Shown in pieces: positions 1 to 12,039 of a stretch of 55,135 nucleotides of DNA. The stretch comes from Octopus sinensis (Eukaryota). Location of the stretch: positions 1-55,135 of the forward strand of contig NW_021833717.1 of NCBI RefSeq assembly GCF_006345805.1, given 5' to 3'. The notes under the pieces are model-generated. The model worked only from the letters and a program-made list of their open reading frames with translations, was not told where the DNA came from and ran no database searches. The stretch's first letter is position 1; each line of letters opens with the position of its first letter. Both the position numbers and the translations under genes were made by a program.

Positions 1-130
1 CTCCTACCCTGATTTAATCTCCAGGATACAGGCATCCAGCAACAGGACATCCGTAATGCTATGGATGGACCGTGAAGTCTGGCGTTACATAGTAAATTCC
101 ATTGTCTCAACCACGGTCGAACAATGATGA
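1..130 (+). mobile_element. 3' end of an RTE-like LINE (C-terminal remnant plus (TGA)n tail)
   Basis: Translates to SYPDLISR...MDREVWRYIVNSIVSTTVEQ, followed by tgatgatg. DR..WR is a typical RTE ORF2 C-terminal motif. Confidence 0.5.
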
Positions 131-134
131 TGAA

Positions 135-325
135 GAGAGAAGAATGTGCTGATATGGGCATGTAATGCATATGAATGCAGACAGTTGCATCAAGAGGTGT
201 TGATTTCTAATTGTGGATGGAACATGTGGAAGGATCTTCGGATGTTGGGCCTCACAGTGTGGTTGACAGGGGACCAAGACTCCTAGCAATTTGCTGTACT
301 TGAGAAGGCACGTTAAGCTAAGTAA
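135..325 (+). mobile_element. Degraded RTE LINE C-terminal fragment
   Basis: Stop-riddled YGHVMHMNADSCIKRC...VDGTCG..DLRMLGLT; collinear with the RT C-terminus at 4100-4330. Confidence 0.6.
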
Positions 326-360
326 AATTATGGTTCTAGGCATGGTCCTTCTTACATATA

Positions 361-556
361 GGCGCAGGAGTGGCTGTGTGGTAAGTAGCTTGCTAACAAA
401 CCACATGGTTCCGGGTTCAGTCCCACTGCGTGGCATCTTGGGCAAGTGTCTTCTGCTATAGCCCCGGGCCGACCAATGCCTTGTGAGTGGATTTGGTAGA
501 CGGAAACTGAAAGAAGCCTGTCGTATTTATGTATATATATATGTGTGTGTGTGTGT

Positions 557-601
<45 letters not shown>

Positions 602-795
602 TGTGTTTGTCCCCCTAGCATTGCTTGACAACCGATGCTGGTGTGTTTACGTCCTCGTCACTTAGCGGTTCGGCAAAAGAGACCGATAGAATAAGTACTG
701 GGCTTACAAAGAATAAGTCCCGGGGTCGATTTGCTCGACTAAAGGCGGTGCTCCAGCATGGCCGCTGTCAGTTGACTGAAACAAGTAAAAGAGTA
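361..795 (+). mobile_element. tRNA-headed SINE, family A (full length)
   Basis: A/B-box-like head (ggcgcaggagtggctgtgtgg...gggttcagtccc), CORE-like ccttgggcaagtgtctt, internal (TG)n and an (AAAGAGT)n tail; more than 10 copies in the window. Confidence 0.9.
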
Positions 796-824
796 TGTGT
801 TCTGCATCCCTGCTGAGCATTCCT

Positions 825-1041
825 CATATTGCAGGGTGCTGGTGCCAGTAACTGCACCCATGTTGGTGCTCCATAATAGCACCCAGTACATTCTGTAAAC
901 TGGTTGGTGCTAGGAAGGGCATCCAGTCATAGAAACCATGCCAAAACAGACAATTGGGTCTGGCCAGATAGCTCTTCCGCTGTCCAGCCCCTATCAAAGC
1001 GTCCAGCCCATATGGAAAACGGACATTAAATGATGATGATG
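825..1041 (+). mobile_element. RTE-derived 3' tail fragment ending in (GAT)n
   Basis: taggaagggcatccag...atggaaaacggacattaaatgatgatgat matches the 3' end of the LINE at 3525-3700. Confidence 0.75.
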
Positions 1042-1045
1042 TTAT

Positions 1046-1205
1046 AGGTGCAGGCGTGGCTGTGTGCTAAGAACTTTGCTTCCCAGCCACATGCTTCCAG
1101 GTTCAATCCCACTGCGTGGCACCTTGGGCAAGTGTCTTCTGCTATAGCCTCCGGCCGACCAACACCTTGTGAGTGGATTTGGTAGACGGAAACTGAAAGA
1201 GGCCC
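1046..1205 (+). mobile_element. SINE family A, 5' part
   Basis: Similar to 361-520. Confidence 0.8.
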
Positions 1206-1222
1206 ACCATATCATCATCATT

Positions 1223-1254
<32 letters not shown>

Positions 1255-1486
1255 GATATATATATATATATATATATATTATTTATATTATATATTATAT
1301 ATTATATATATATATATTATATATATATCTAATTATATATTATATATTATATATATATATAATATATATATATATTATCAATATAAGGGTAGCAAAAAAT
1401 TCAAGAAAAATTCAAGAAAAATTTTCTGCAACAGCGGTCAAGTGAGAAAAGTATAAATAGTCACAGACTATATAATATATTCAACA

Positions 1487-1656
1487 ATAGTATTAAGGAA
1501 TGACCCTGACAGGCCGTTCAACAACTCACTTGAAAGAGCAGCTAAACTCAAACCGCAAAATAGTAGTAATTTCAGAATTACTACTATTTTGCGGTTTGAG
1601 TTTAGCTGCTCTTTCAAGTGAGTTGAACGGCCTGTCAGGGTCATTCTTAATACTAT
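1487..1656. repeat. Near-perfect palindrome, ~85-bp arms, 4-nt loop
   Basis: 1487-1571 is the reverse complement of 1576-1656 apart from two small indels; loop tcag. Confidence 0.9.
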
Positions 1657-1659
1657 GTT

Positions 1660-1840
<181 letters not shown>

Positions 1841-1985
1841 ATAAATATAAGAGAGTGGTCACTATATGGCTCACTCGCACCAGTTATCCAAAAGGTTTCA
1901 ACCACAAAATACATGTTTCCCATGAAAGTCAGTACGATTGTTAGCTCACACGGACAGGGCAAATAAAAAATAACAAAAATACAGA

Positions 1986-2070
1986 TTTTTGGGGACAATT
2001 GTTTCGCTATTAATGAATTAAATGTTAATTTTACTTACAAAAAAATCCACTTGTAGCTCGTCAGCCAAAA
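1986..2070 (-). ncRNA. Type I hammerhead ribozyme motif (canonical core)
   Basis: Minus strand: ttttgg-CTGACGA-gcta[~45 nt]tagc-GAAA-caattg-TC-cccaaaa; GUC triplet and palindromic stem III ACAAUUGU. Confidence 0.7.
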
Positions 2071-2270
2071 CTATCTGGATGAAATCCACTCAATCACACG
2101 CCAGATTTTACCATAACGAAAAATACGCGTGTGGTTCAATTGATTACATCCGACGTTATAATTCAAATGCCCCAACCACAGCGCGCCAAACTTTCACGGA
2201 AAACAAAGACTGCATTTAGAAATAAATGTAGCATATTATAAATTATTAATAGGGGTGAGAGAATTAGATA

Positions 2271-2350
<80 letters not shown>

Positions 2351-2403
2351 TATATGATATGTAATACTAAGCAATAAAGGGTTTAGCAACGAATTGCCTT
2401 ACC

Positions 2404-2434
<31 letters not shown>

Positions 2435-2524
2435 GTGTATGTGTGGTGTGTATGTATATTGGTAAAAACGATAAGATAACAAAAGAAAGAAAGAGACCTC
2501 AATATTATGTAAATAGAGGAAATT

Positions 2525-3124
2525 TATCTGTAAAATAATATGTGACAGTTATTCAATAGCCAAAATAAAATCCACAACACCATCTCTTCGGTTATCTGGC
2601 CATCTGAAAAACGCTATGGAAAAAAACCGTTATACAAAGGGAAATTACTGTGTTGTAATTCCGCTACTTATATAAAAGCGCTAATCCAATGACCGCTAAT
2701 TAAAATAAGGTTAAAAGTTCATAGTAAACACGTAAGCATGTATATTCATACGCATACATGTGCACTCGCGCACCCACATTCGTACGTATACGTAACTATG
2801 AAAACGTACACATCTTCATTCGCATTTTTCGCCAAATGTATACGCATATATATAGAAACTCATACACACACGCGCGCACCGTAAAAGTTCATACATACGT
2901 CTATATACGCACAAGCACAAGAAAAAACATGGTTAAAGGTAAAAATACAGAAAAAAACATAACGGAAGTATACAGAGCGTAAAACCACGTTCATATACGG
3001 ACATGCCCTTATGCACGCACACACACACACACGCCCATATATGTACATACCCGCACATGTTTATATACGCATACACTCACACGCATATACACAAAACAGG
3101 ATTTTACATACAAATATATATAAT

Positions 3125-3173
<49 letters not shown>

Positions 3174-3314
3174 TATACAAATTATATATATTCATAGCGT
3201 TTTTCAGATGGCCATATAACCGAAGAATTGGTGTTCTGGATTTGCACCTCCGCATCCGAAACTCAAAGTTTTATCTTGGCTATTGAATAATTGTCACATA
3301 TTATTTTACAGATA
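2525..3314. repeat. Inverted repeat pair, Penelope-like termini
   Basis: 2525-2618 is the reverse complement of 3193-3314; the left arm lacks about 30 nt. Confidence 0.8.
3211..3280 (+). ncRNA. Hammerhead-like motif with CCGAAGA (U4C) core
   Basis: gccatataa-CCGAAGA-[stem II region]-GAAA-ctcaaag-TT-ttatcttggc; stem I ataa/ttat extended by gcca/tggc. Confidence 0.45.
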
Positions 3315-3382
3315 TGTACATATGTATATGTATATATATATGTATATGTATATATCTATATATATATATGTATATATATATG

Positions 3383-3436
<54 letters not shown>

Positions 3437-3524
3437 GCATTATATATATATATATATATAATATATATATATATGTATATATATATATGTATATGTATAT
3501 ATAGTGTATATATATATATATATA

Positions 3525-6000
3525 ATCATCATCATCATCATCGTTTAGCGTCCGTTTTCCATGCTAGCATGGGTTGGACGGTTCTACTGGGGTCTGTGAA
3601 GCCAGAAGGCTTCATCAGGCCCAGTCAAATCTGGCAGTGTTTTCTACGGCTGGATGCCCTTCCTAACGCCAACCACTCCGTGAGTGTAGTGGGTGCTTTT
3701 TACGTGCCACCCGCACTGGTGCCAGACAGTGCTGGCAAACGCCACGAACGGATGGTGCTTTTTATGTGCCACCGGCACGAGGGCCGGCGAGGCTGGCAAC
3801 GGTCGCGAAACGGAAAGTTCTCTACATGCCACCGGCACTGGTAACACATCTGCAATTTCCATTGATCGATTTCCATTGATCGATTTCGATTCTGATCGTC
3901 ACTTGCCTCAACGGGTCTTCACAAGCAGAGTTTTGACATGCCACCGGCACTGGTAGCACATCCGCAATTTCCATTGATCGATTTCGATTCTGATCCTCAC
4001 TTGCCTCATCACGTCTTCACAAGTAGAGTTTGTGTCCCAAGAAGGGAAGGTATGCATACGTAGGCTGGCTCCATCCCATGTAGAAGGCCACGGGTTATGG
4101 ACTCACTTGTCCTGCCGGGTCTTCTCGCGCACAGCACACTTCCAGAGGTCCTCGGTCTCTAGTCATTTCCTCAGTGAGACCTAAAGTTCGAAGGTCGTGC
4201 TTCACCACCTCGTCCCAGGTTTTCCTGGGTCTGCCTCTTCCACAGGTTCCCTCAACCGCTAGGGTGTGGCACTTTTCACACAACTATCTTCATCCATTCT
4301 CGCCACATGACCATACCAGCGCAAACGTCTCTCTTGCACACCACAACTGATGCTTCTTAGGTCCAGCTTTTCTCTCAAGGTACTTACACTCTGCCGAGTG
4401 TGAGTACCGGCATTACACATCCATCGGAGCATACTGGCTTCATTTCTAGCGAGCTTACGCATATCCTCAGCAGTCACGGCCCATGTTTCACTGCCATGTA
4501 GCATGGCTGTTCGTACACACGCATCATACAGTCTGCTTTCACTCTGTGCGAGGAGCCTTTTGTCACCAGCAGAGGTAAGAGCTCTCTGAACTTGCCCAAG
4601 CTATTCTTACTCTAGCAGTTACACTTTCAGCCACACCGCCCCCGCTGCTGACTTGGTCACCTAGGTAACGGAAACTATCAACTATTTCTAGTTTTTCTCC
4701 CTGGAAAGTGACGGAAGTTGGTCTCAGAGCATTTTCAGTGTTTATTGTTCCTGAGCATCTGCCACATACAAAAACCATCTTCCTAGTTAGCCTTCCTTTG
4801 ACATGCTGCATCTCTTATGTGTCCATAGCTTACACTTGGTGCATCTTATAGAGTTTTCTACCTACACCTTTTCTACAGATCGAGCAGGGCCATCTACCTG
4901 AAGGTGTTTGTGATTTGTCTACCTTCCTACTGATTACGATTTTGGTTAGCTAGATTGACTCTGAGGCCCTTCGATTCTAATCCTTGTTTCCACACCTGAA
5001 CTTCTCCTCCAGTTCTGATAGCGACTCAGCAATTAGAGCAAGGTCATCAGCATAGAGGAGCTCCCAAGGGCATCCTGTCTTGAATTCCTCCGTTATTGCC
5101 TGGAGGACTATGATAAATAGGAGGGGGCTGAGTACTGAGCCTTGGTGGGGACTCCTACCTCTACCCGGAATTCTTCACTGTACACATTTCCAACCCTCAC
5201 CCTACTAGCGGCGTCCCTGTACATGGCCCGCACAGCTCTCACTAACCATTCATCTATCCCTAGTTTCCTCATTGCCCACCAGATAAGGGATCGGGGGACC
5301 CTGTCGAAGGCTTTCTCCATGTCAACAAAGCCAGGTACAGGGGCTTATCTTTGGCTAGGTATTTCTCCTGCAGCTGCCTTACCAGGAATATAGCATCAGT
5401 AGTACTTTTCCCTGGCACAAACCCAACTGCATCTCATCTAAACTAACTCTCTCTCTAATTAGTTGGGCTATGACCCTCTCCGTAACCTTCATCACCTGGT
5501 CCAACAGCTTGATACCTCTGTAGTTATTTGTATCTAGGGCATCACCTTTACCTTTGTAGCAGTTGACTATTATACTGCTACACCAGTCATTGGGTATGAC
5601 CCCTTTGTGTATCACCTGATTAACTATACGGGTGACTAGGCTATAGCCGACACTACCAGACATTTTGAGCATCTCTGCAGTGATTCCTGATGGGCCTGGG
5701 CTTTCCGTCTTCATGCTTCTAATTGCCTTAGCTACCACGGAACTATCAACTCGGATAGCTGGTCCCTCTGTTGGGTCAACATTCGGCAGACTCTCTTTAT
5801 CCCATTCATTTCTTCATTCAGCAACCTTTCATAGTGGCATCTCCAAACCTCTCTCTTTGCATCCTCATTTAGCGCAAGTGAACCATCTTCCATGCGAACA
5901 CACTTCTCTCCTACCACATCACGATTCTCTCTCACACACTGTCTTGCAACACGAAACACCTCCAGTCTTTGGTCCTCACGGCGCAGAACATTGGCAAAGT
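3525..6000 (-). mobile_element. 5'-truncated RTE-clade LINE (RT pseudogene, 3' UTR, (GAT)n tail) inside (TA)n
   Basis: Frameshifted ORFs give NYRGIKLL, EKAFDRVPR, LYADDL-like region, FRYLG and RGRPRKTW. The 3' UTR has ~60-bp repeats and a gatgatgat tail, and both ends abut (TA)n. Confidence 0.93.
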
Positions 6001-6012
6001 TTATATAATATT

Positions 6013-6071
<59 letters not shown>

Positions 6072-6248
6072 GTATATATGTATATATATGTATATATATA
6101 TGTATATATAGATATGTATATATATATAATGTATGTTATATGTATATATATATATATGTGTATGTATATATATATAATCCTTAAAAATGTTTTAGCCCGA
6201 AATATGTATATATATGTATAAACATATATGTATATATATATATACATT

Positions 6249-6281
<33 letters not shown>

Positions 6282-6335
6282 GTATATGTATATATATATA
6301 TGTATATGCATATATATATATACATACACATATAA

Positions 6336-6369
<34 letters not shown>

Positions 6370-6372
<3 letters not shown>

Positions 6373-6650
6373 AACGCAGAGGAGATGAAACCATGGCGAC
6401 TAAAGAAGGGGAATTTTCCTTGTGTTATTTGTTCTGTACTCTATTTTTTTGTTGTTTAAGAAAAATGTCCAGTTCCTTGGTTTTGTGTTTATGTTTTCGT
6501 TTCTCATTGTGTTCGACGTTTTTATGGTGTCCTGTACCCATATATGCATGTATATATATACATGTAGAGGTAGGTACGTACATATATGTATGTATATATG
6601 CATATGTTTTATTTATTAATTTATTATATATATATTATATATATATATAG

Positions 6651-6699
<49 letters not shown>

Positions 6700-7615
6700 T
6701 ATATATATGTATATGTATATGCTTATTAAATTAGAGATAAAACCACTATTAGGCAAATCAAATGTATATATATATATGTTAAGAACAATCTTACTATGAC
6801 GAAACGCACGCATCCATTTCTAAGTAAGATTGTTCTTAATATTAATAATGATGCGCACTCTTAACCTTTCTCTCCCCCTCCCTTTCTCAGCCTTCATTCT
6901 TTTGGCTTTCCTTTTCTTCTACCTTACTGTCTCTCTCCCTCTCTCTCTCATTCTTCATTCTTTTCTCTACAACCATTCCCTTTTTTTCTCTCCCTTTCTC
7001 TTACACCTCCTCCTCCCTCCCGTCGCGGTCACGTGATGAGATGGCTACCACTGACTTTCTTCTCCTGGCTTCCTTCAAGTAGAGACGGTAAAATCTGTTG
7101 CTCCCTGCCGTTCTCAAATAATTGCGTTCGTAAAAAAATTATATCTCGTTTGGCTTAACAGCCCTTCTTGTTTGGGTTACTGTTATTCTCCGTGTCCTGT
7201 CTTTTACTGTTTATATTTTGTACTGTCGTTACTGTCCTGTTTTTGTTACTATTTTTACCCCTCCGCACAAAAATCTCAAATTTTATTTAATTTGATTTTC
7301 GCGGGAAGGAAAGTTTTATTGAAGTCATGTATCGCCTCGACCTTCGAAACGTGGAGTAGATGAAACAAAGGCGACTGAAGAAGGGGAATTTTCCTTGTTT
7401 TGTATGTCCTGTACTCTATTTTTTCGTTGTTTAAAAGAAATGTCCATTTCCTTGGTTTTGTGTTTATGTTTTCGTTTCTCATTGTGTGTGGCTTTTTTTT
7501 TTGGTATCCTGTACCCATATATGCATGTATATATACATGTAGAGGTAGGTACGTACATATATGTATGTATATATGCATATGTTTTATTTATTAATTTATA
7601 TATGTATGTATATAT
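6370..7615 (+). mobile_element. Penelope-like partial tandem repeat (~240-bp direct duplication)
   Basis: 6370-6630 and 7345-7615 are direct copies (ggcgactgaagaaggggaattttcc...); no ORF. The PLE assignment is an inference from architecture. Confidence 0.45.
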
Positions 7616-7712
7616 ATGTATATATATATATGTATAATTATATGTATGTATATATATATATATATATGTGTGTGTGTATATATATATATATATATGTGTG
7701 TGTATATATATG

Positions 7713-7767
<55 letters not shown>

Positions 7768-7772
7768 GTATA

Positions 7773-8074
7773 TCACGTGATCACATGACCGACCAGACCA
7801 TCAGATGTTGCTACACATCGCTGGTCACAATGCGTTCGCATTGTTTTAGCCTTCGAATGACGCCACCCTGATGGCTAAGCAAGCAGGCCAACAGAAGAGT
7901 GAGAGAAAGAGTGATGAAAGAGTACAGCAGGGATCACCACCCCCTGCCGGAGCTTCGTGGAGCTTTTAGGTGTTTTCGCTCAATAAACACTCACAACACC
8001 CGGTCTGGGAATCGAAACCGCGATCCTACGACCGCGAGTCCGCTGCCCTAACCACTAGGCCATTGCGCCTCCAC
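7773..8074 (-). mobile_element. tRNA-headed SINE family C, tail alpha (possibly the octopus OR-type SINE)
   Basis: Head ggaggcgcaatggcctagtggttagggcagcggactcgcgg...gtttcgattccc; copies at 9407, 18597, 39331 and 50960. Confidence 0.85.
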
Positions 8075-8119
8075 ATATATATGTATATATATATGTATAT
8101 ATGTGTGTGTGTGTATGTA

Positions 8120-8340
8120 TGTGTGTGTGAGTGTCCTGTGTTGTGTTTGTCCCCCACCACTACTTGACAACAAGTGTTGGTATGTTTATGTCCCCGTAAC
8201 CTAGCAGTTCAGTAAAAGAGACCAACAGAATAAGTACCAGACTTTAAAAAAAATATGAGTGCTGGGGTTGATTCCTCGACTAAAATTCTCTAAGGTGGTG
8301 CTGCAGCATGGCCACAGTTTAATGACTGAAACAAATAATA
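8120..8340 (+). mobile_element. SINE family A, diverged 3' half
   Basis: Similar to 600-795. Confidence 0.75.
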
Positions 8341-8639
8341 AAAGAAAAGAAAAGAAAAGAAAAGAAAAGAAAAGAAAATAATTAACAACATGTCGTTAAG
8401 TGGTTGATGTATATAGATTTATTTAACCTCCATGTAACGTTGATATAAATACAATTTTATCATTTGATTCAATTTGATATTCCAGTTCACCCTGCAATGG
8501 AAGAGAGCAAAAAATGGTATTTAGAAAGAGGGATACACAAACATATACTGGAATAATACATACAATCATACTTACACATACATCCACACACACACATCTG
8601 TATGTATAAATACCTATATTTATATTATATATATGTAAA

Positions 8640-9000
8640 TGTAAAAAAATACAAACTGGGACAAGAACATGAAACATTTAGAAGACGATACAAAAAAACA
8701 CGGACGGGACATTCGAGGCCTTCAATCTTCAGTCAAGAACCGGATCATCTTCGCAATTTCGGCTGATTAATCTTGAGATTGCTCCGATCTGGCCAGCCCC
8801 AAAGGAAAATCTAAGCCAAGCGCATTAGATTCCTTGGAAGAAAACCTCAAATGTATACAAAACAAGGACGGAAAAACGGACGATGTTACACGAATAAAAA
8901 AAAAAATACGTAAAAACAATAATGATAATAATAATAACAACAAAAACAGGACGTCACAGACAAGCGTCTTTTCAACAGGATGAGTAAATTTTTGAGCTGG
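8640..9000 (-). mobile_element. Probable Penelope-like terminal fragment
   Basis: Composition and cgaaa/ctgaaga motifs resemble the other PLE-type termini here; no ORF. Confidence 0.3.
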
Positions 9001-9406
9001 CGTTAGAAGAAAGCCTTAGGGCTTTTTATATTATTATATTATATTTATATTATTTCAGCTATTCTGAAGTCTGGTACATGCAGGTCAGACTGTTCCACTG
9101 AGGAGATCAAATAAGATTCAACTATGTCCATAGTTGTCTTCTCTTTACTAACCAAGCATCATAATTACTACCAACTGTTGTGTCTTCATTCTTTCAGGAA
9201 ATTTGGTTTTCAGAGTTGTCTTTCTTGTTCTTTCTGACAAGAATTGCCATTAATGATTCTTTTAATTACAAGATTACAAGTATACCTTCCTTTAATTAAT
9301 CATGATTTTTACTTCTTTTTCTTTAATACACTTTATTAGCCCATGCGCGTGTAGTATGTATGTGAGTCAATGTGTACTAGTGTGTGTGCAAATGGTTACA
9401 CAATAT

Positions 9407-9710
9407 CACTGTGAACACCGTGACCGACCAGGCTATCAGATGTTGCTACACATCGCTGGTCACAATGCACTTTGCATTGTTTTACCCTTCAAATGATGCC
9501 ACCCCGCTGGCTAAGCGAGCAAGCCAACAGAAGAGTGAGAGAAAGTTGTGGTGAAAGAGTACAGCAGGGATCGCCAACACTCCCTGCCAGAGCCTTGTGG
9601 AGTTTTAGGTGTTTTCGCTCAATAAACACTCACAACGCCCAGTCTGGGAATTGAAACCACAATCCTACAACTGCAAGTCCGCTGCCCTAACCACTGGGCC
9701 ATTGCGCCTC
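9407..9710 (-). mobile_element. SINE family C, tail alpha, with 16-bp TSD
   Basis: aatggttacacaatat at 9391-9406 and 9711-9726. Confidence 0.9.
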
Positions 9711-9738
9711 AATGGTTACACAATATATGAGTATATAT

Positions 9739-10227
9739 GCGCAGGTATGGCAATGTGATTAAGAAGTTTGCTTCCCAACTGTATGGTTTCAGGTTCAGTC
9801 CCACTGCATGGCACCTTGGGCAAGTGTCTTCGAGTATAACCCTGGGCCAACCAAAGCCTTCTTAGTGGCCTTGGTAGAAGGAAACTGAAAAAAAGCAATT
9901 GTGCAAGCGTGCATGTGTGTGTGTGCACGCTTATATTTTGCCAGCGCCGCCTTGACTGGCTTCCATGCCGGTAGCATGTTAAAAGCACCAACCGATCGTG
10001 ACCAATGCCAGACTCCCCTGGCACCTGTGCCAGTGGCATGTAAAAAGCATCCACTACACTCACAGAGTGGTTGGCGTTAGGAAGGGCATCCAGCTGCAGA
10101 AACCCTGCCAGATCAGACTGGAACCTGGTGCAGCCTCCTGGCTTCCCAGACCCCGGTCGAACCATCCAACCCATGCTGGCTTGGAAAACGGACGTTAAAC
10201 GATGATGATGATGATGATGATGATGAT
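9739..10227 (+). mobile_element. SINE with family A head and RTE-derived tail
   Basis: Family A head and CORE-like segment joined to the same 3' end and (GAT)n tail as the RTE LINE at 3525. Confidence 0.85.
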
Positions 10228-10249
10228 AAATGTTGCTTGCTACAAGTGG

Positions 10250-10550
10250 TTGTGGTGTTGTCACGATTGGTTGGTGCTTTTTACGTGCCATCGGCACAGA
10301 AGCCAGTCAAGGCGGCGCTGGCATCGGCCACGTTCGGATGGTGCTTTCTACGTACCGCTGGCACAGGTATCACAACTACAATTTCCATTTGATATTTATT
10401 TTGATATTGATGTACTTGACTCAATAGGTCTCCTCAAGCACAGCAGGTCACGTTCCACTGGCACAGAAGCGAGTCAAGGTGGCGCTGGCATCGGCCACGT
10501 TTGGATGGTGCTTTTTACTTGACTCAACAGGTCTCCTCAAGCACAGCAGG
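10250..10550 (-). mobile_element. Internal repeats of the RTE 3' UTR or RTE-tailed SINE
   Basis: ggatggtgctttttacgtgcca units, as at 3690-3960. Confidence 0.7.
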
Positions 10551-11329
10551 TCACCAAAAACTAATAAACAAATATAAAAATGGATGGCATGAAGACTTAC
10601 CATTAATTCCCAGTCGGCATCATTGATTAGGACTAAAATTCCAGGTCGCCTGAAGAATAAAATAAATGAAGCTGAAGAAATATTTTCACTCCAGTTACTG
10701 TTGTTGTTGTTGTTGTTATTGTTTTACCTGAAGTAAACCCTGACCAGGCTGGGATTATAATCACAGGCCATTCTACAGCAATCACAGACCCCTTTACTTT
10801 TTCAAACAAAGTATTTAGTTTAACTCTTTAGCATTCAAACTGACCACAACCAGCCAAAGTATTCATACCGTTTTATGTTCAAATTGACCAGATCCGGCCT
10901 CTCACACCTACCCTAAAATGCTATTCTAAAAGTAAAACAATTACATCATAAAAATCTTGAAGCTCTGAGATGATATGTGATTAATTCAGAATAATGCAAA
11001 TAAATACTTACTACATTTGACAGAGTAATTTGAATGCTAAGGGGTTAAAATGGGGTCACAGGAAGCTGATGGGGGTTTGTGTTGGCAAGAAGTTGATGAG
11101 GTTGGATAATTGTTTTGTACATGATGAGCAGAAAAGGAATATGATGTTTCAGACCTGGGGGATCACAAAACATTACTTACACACTGTGTCCTTGAAGGAA
11201 AAGTTCAGGTCTTTCTTTCAGCAAATTATCACGGATCCATGGTAGCAGATCTTTGATTTTCCCTGAAGAAGATGTTTTATGAGAGACTATGTAACAAATC
11301 CATGCAAGTATTATATTTATATATAGCAG

Positions 11330-11470
11330 AGTAAACACATAAATCTGAAACAAGGTGGAAAAAAAGAGTACTCAAATACCAGAGGTAGAGTAATATGCTT
11401 TATTTAATGCAGCAGAAAATTCAACAAAACATGTTACTCTGAGTTTCACGTTGCCGTTCGTCGGACATTT
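11330..11470 (-). mobile_element. Penelope-like terminus, same family as 54405-54625
   Basis: Near-identical to 54405-54535; contains a hammerhead-like motif. Confidence 0.6.
11431..11468 (-). ncRNA. Minimal type I hammerhead-like motif, CCGACGA core
   Basis: atgt-CCGACGA-acg(gcaa)cgt-GAAA-ctc(a)gag-TA-acat. Confidence 0.55.
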
Positions 11471-11503
11471 TTTGCTAGAATATATATATATATATATATA
11501 TAT

Positions 11504-11715
11504 ACTCTTTACTCTTTTACTTGTTTCAGTCATTTGACTGCGGCCATGCTGGAGCACCGCCTTTAGTCGAGCAAATCGACCCTGGGACTTATTCTTTGTA
11601 AGCCCAGTACTTATTCTATTGGTCTCTTTTGCCGAACCGCTAAATGACAGGGACATAAACACACCAGCATCGGTTGTCAAGCAATGCTAGAGGGACAAAC
11701 ACAGACACACAAATA
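11504..11715 (-). mobile_element. SINE family A, 3' half
   Basis: Reverse complement of 600-795. Confidence 0.85.
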
Positions 11716-11736
11716 TATACACATACATACATATAT

Positions 11737-11776
<40 letters not shown>

Positions 11777-12039
11777 TATATCAGTAATAATATAGGGTGA
11801 AATTAATTAATTTGGAATAATCATTAATTTCACCAAGTAGATTTCGGCATGTAAAAGCCTCATTCGAGGAAAGTTTAAGTAATACTAAGTAATAAGGGTT
11901 TAGCAACGATTTGCCTCACCACACACCGAATTAGAAATAGCAGTCAAAGAGTTATAGCTATTCTTTCTACTAAAAGGGAGATCTCAGTAAAACCACAGCA
12001 CTTGAAAGGCAAACACAGACAGGCAAGAGAGAAAGAAAT

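Noticed and set aside
3690-3960. Repeat-spacer-like units (ggatggtgctttttatgtgccaccggcac), superficially CRISPR-like; also at 10260 and 16325
   Set aside because: The 'spacers' are related to each other, the units lie in the RTE 3' UTR, the context is eukaryotic and there are no cas genes.
8705-8770. Minus-strand ctgaaga and gaaa motifs
   Set aside because: They cannot be arranged with consistent stems in type I, II or III topology.
11835-11875. Minus-strand cgaatga-ggc..gcc-gaaa hammerhead-like motif
   Set aside because: The core deviates at two positions and there is no stem I.
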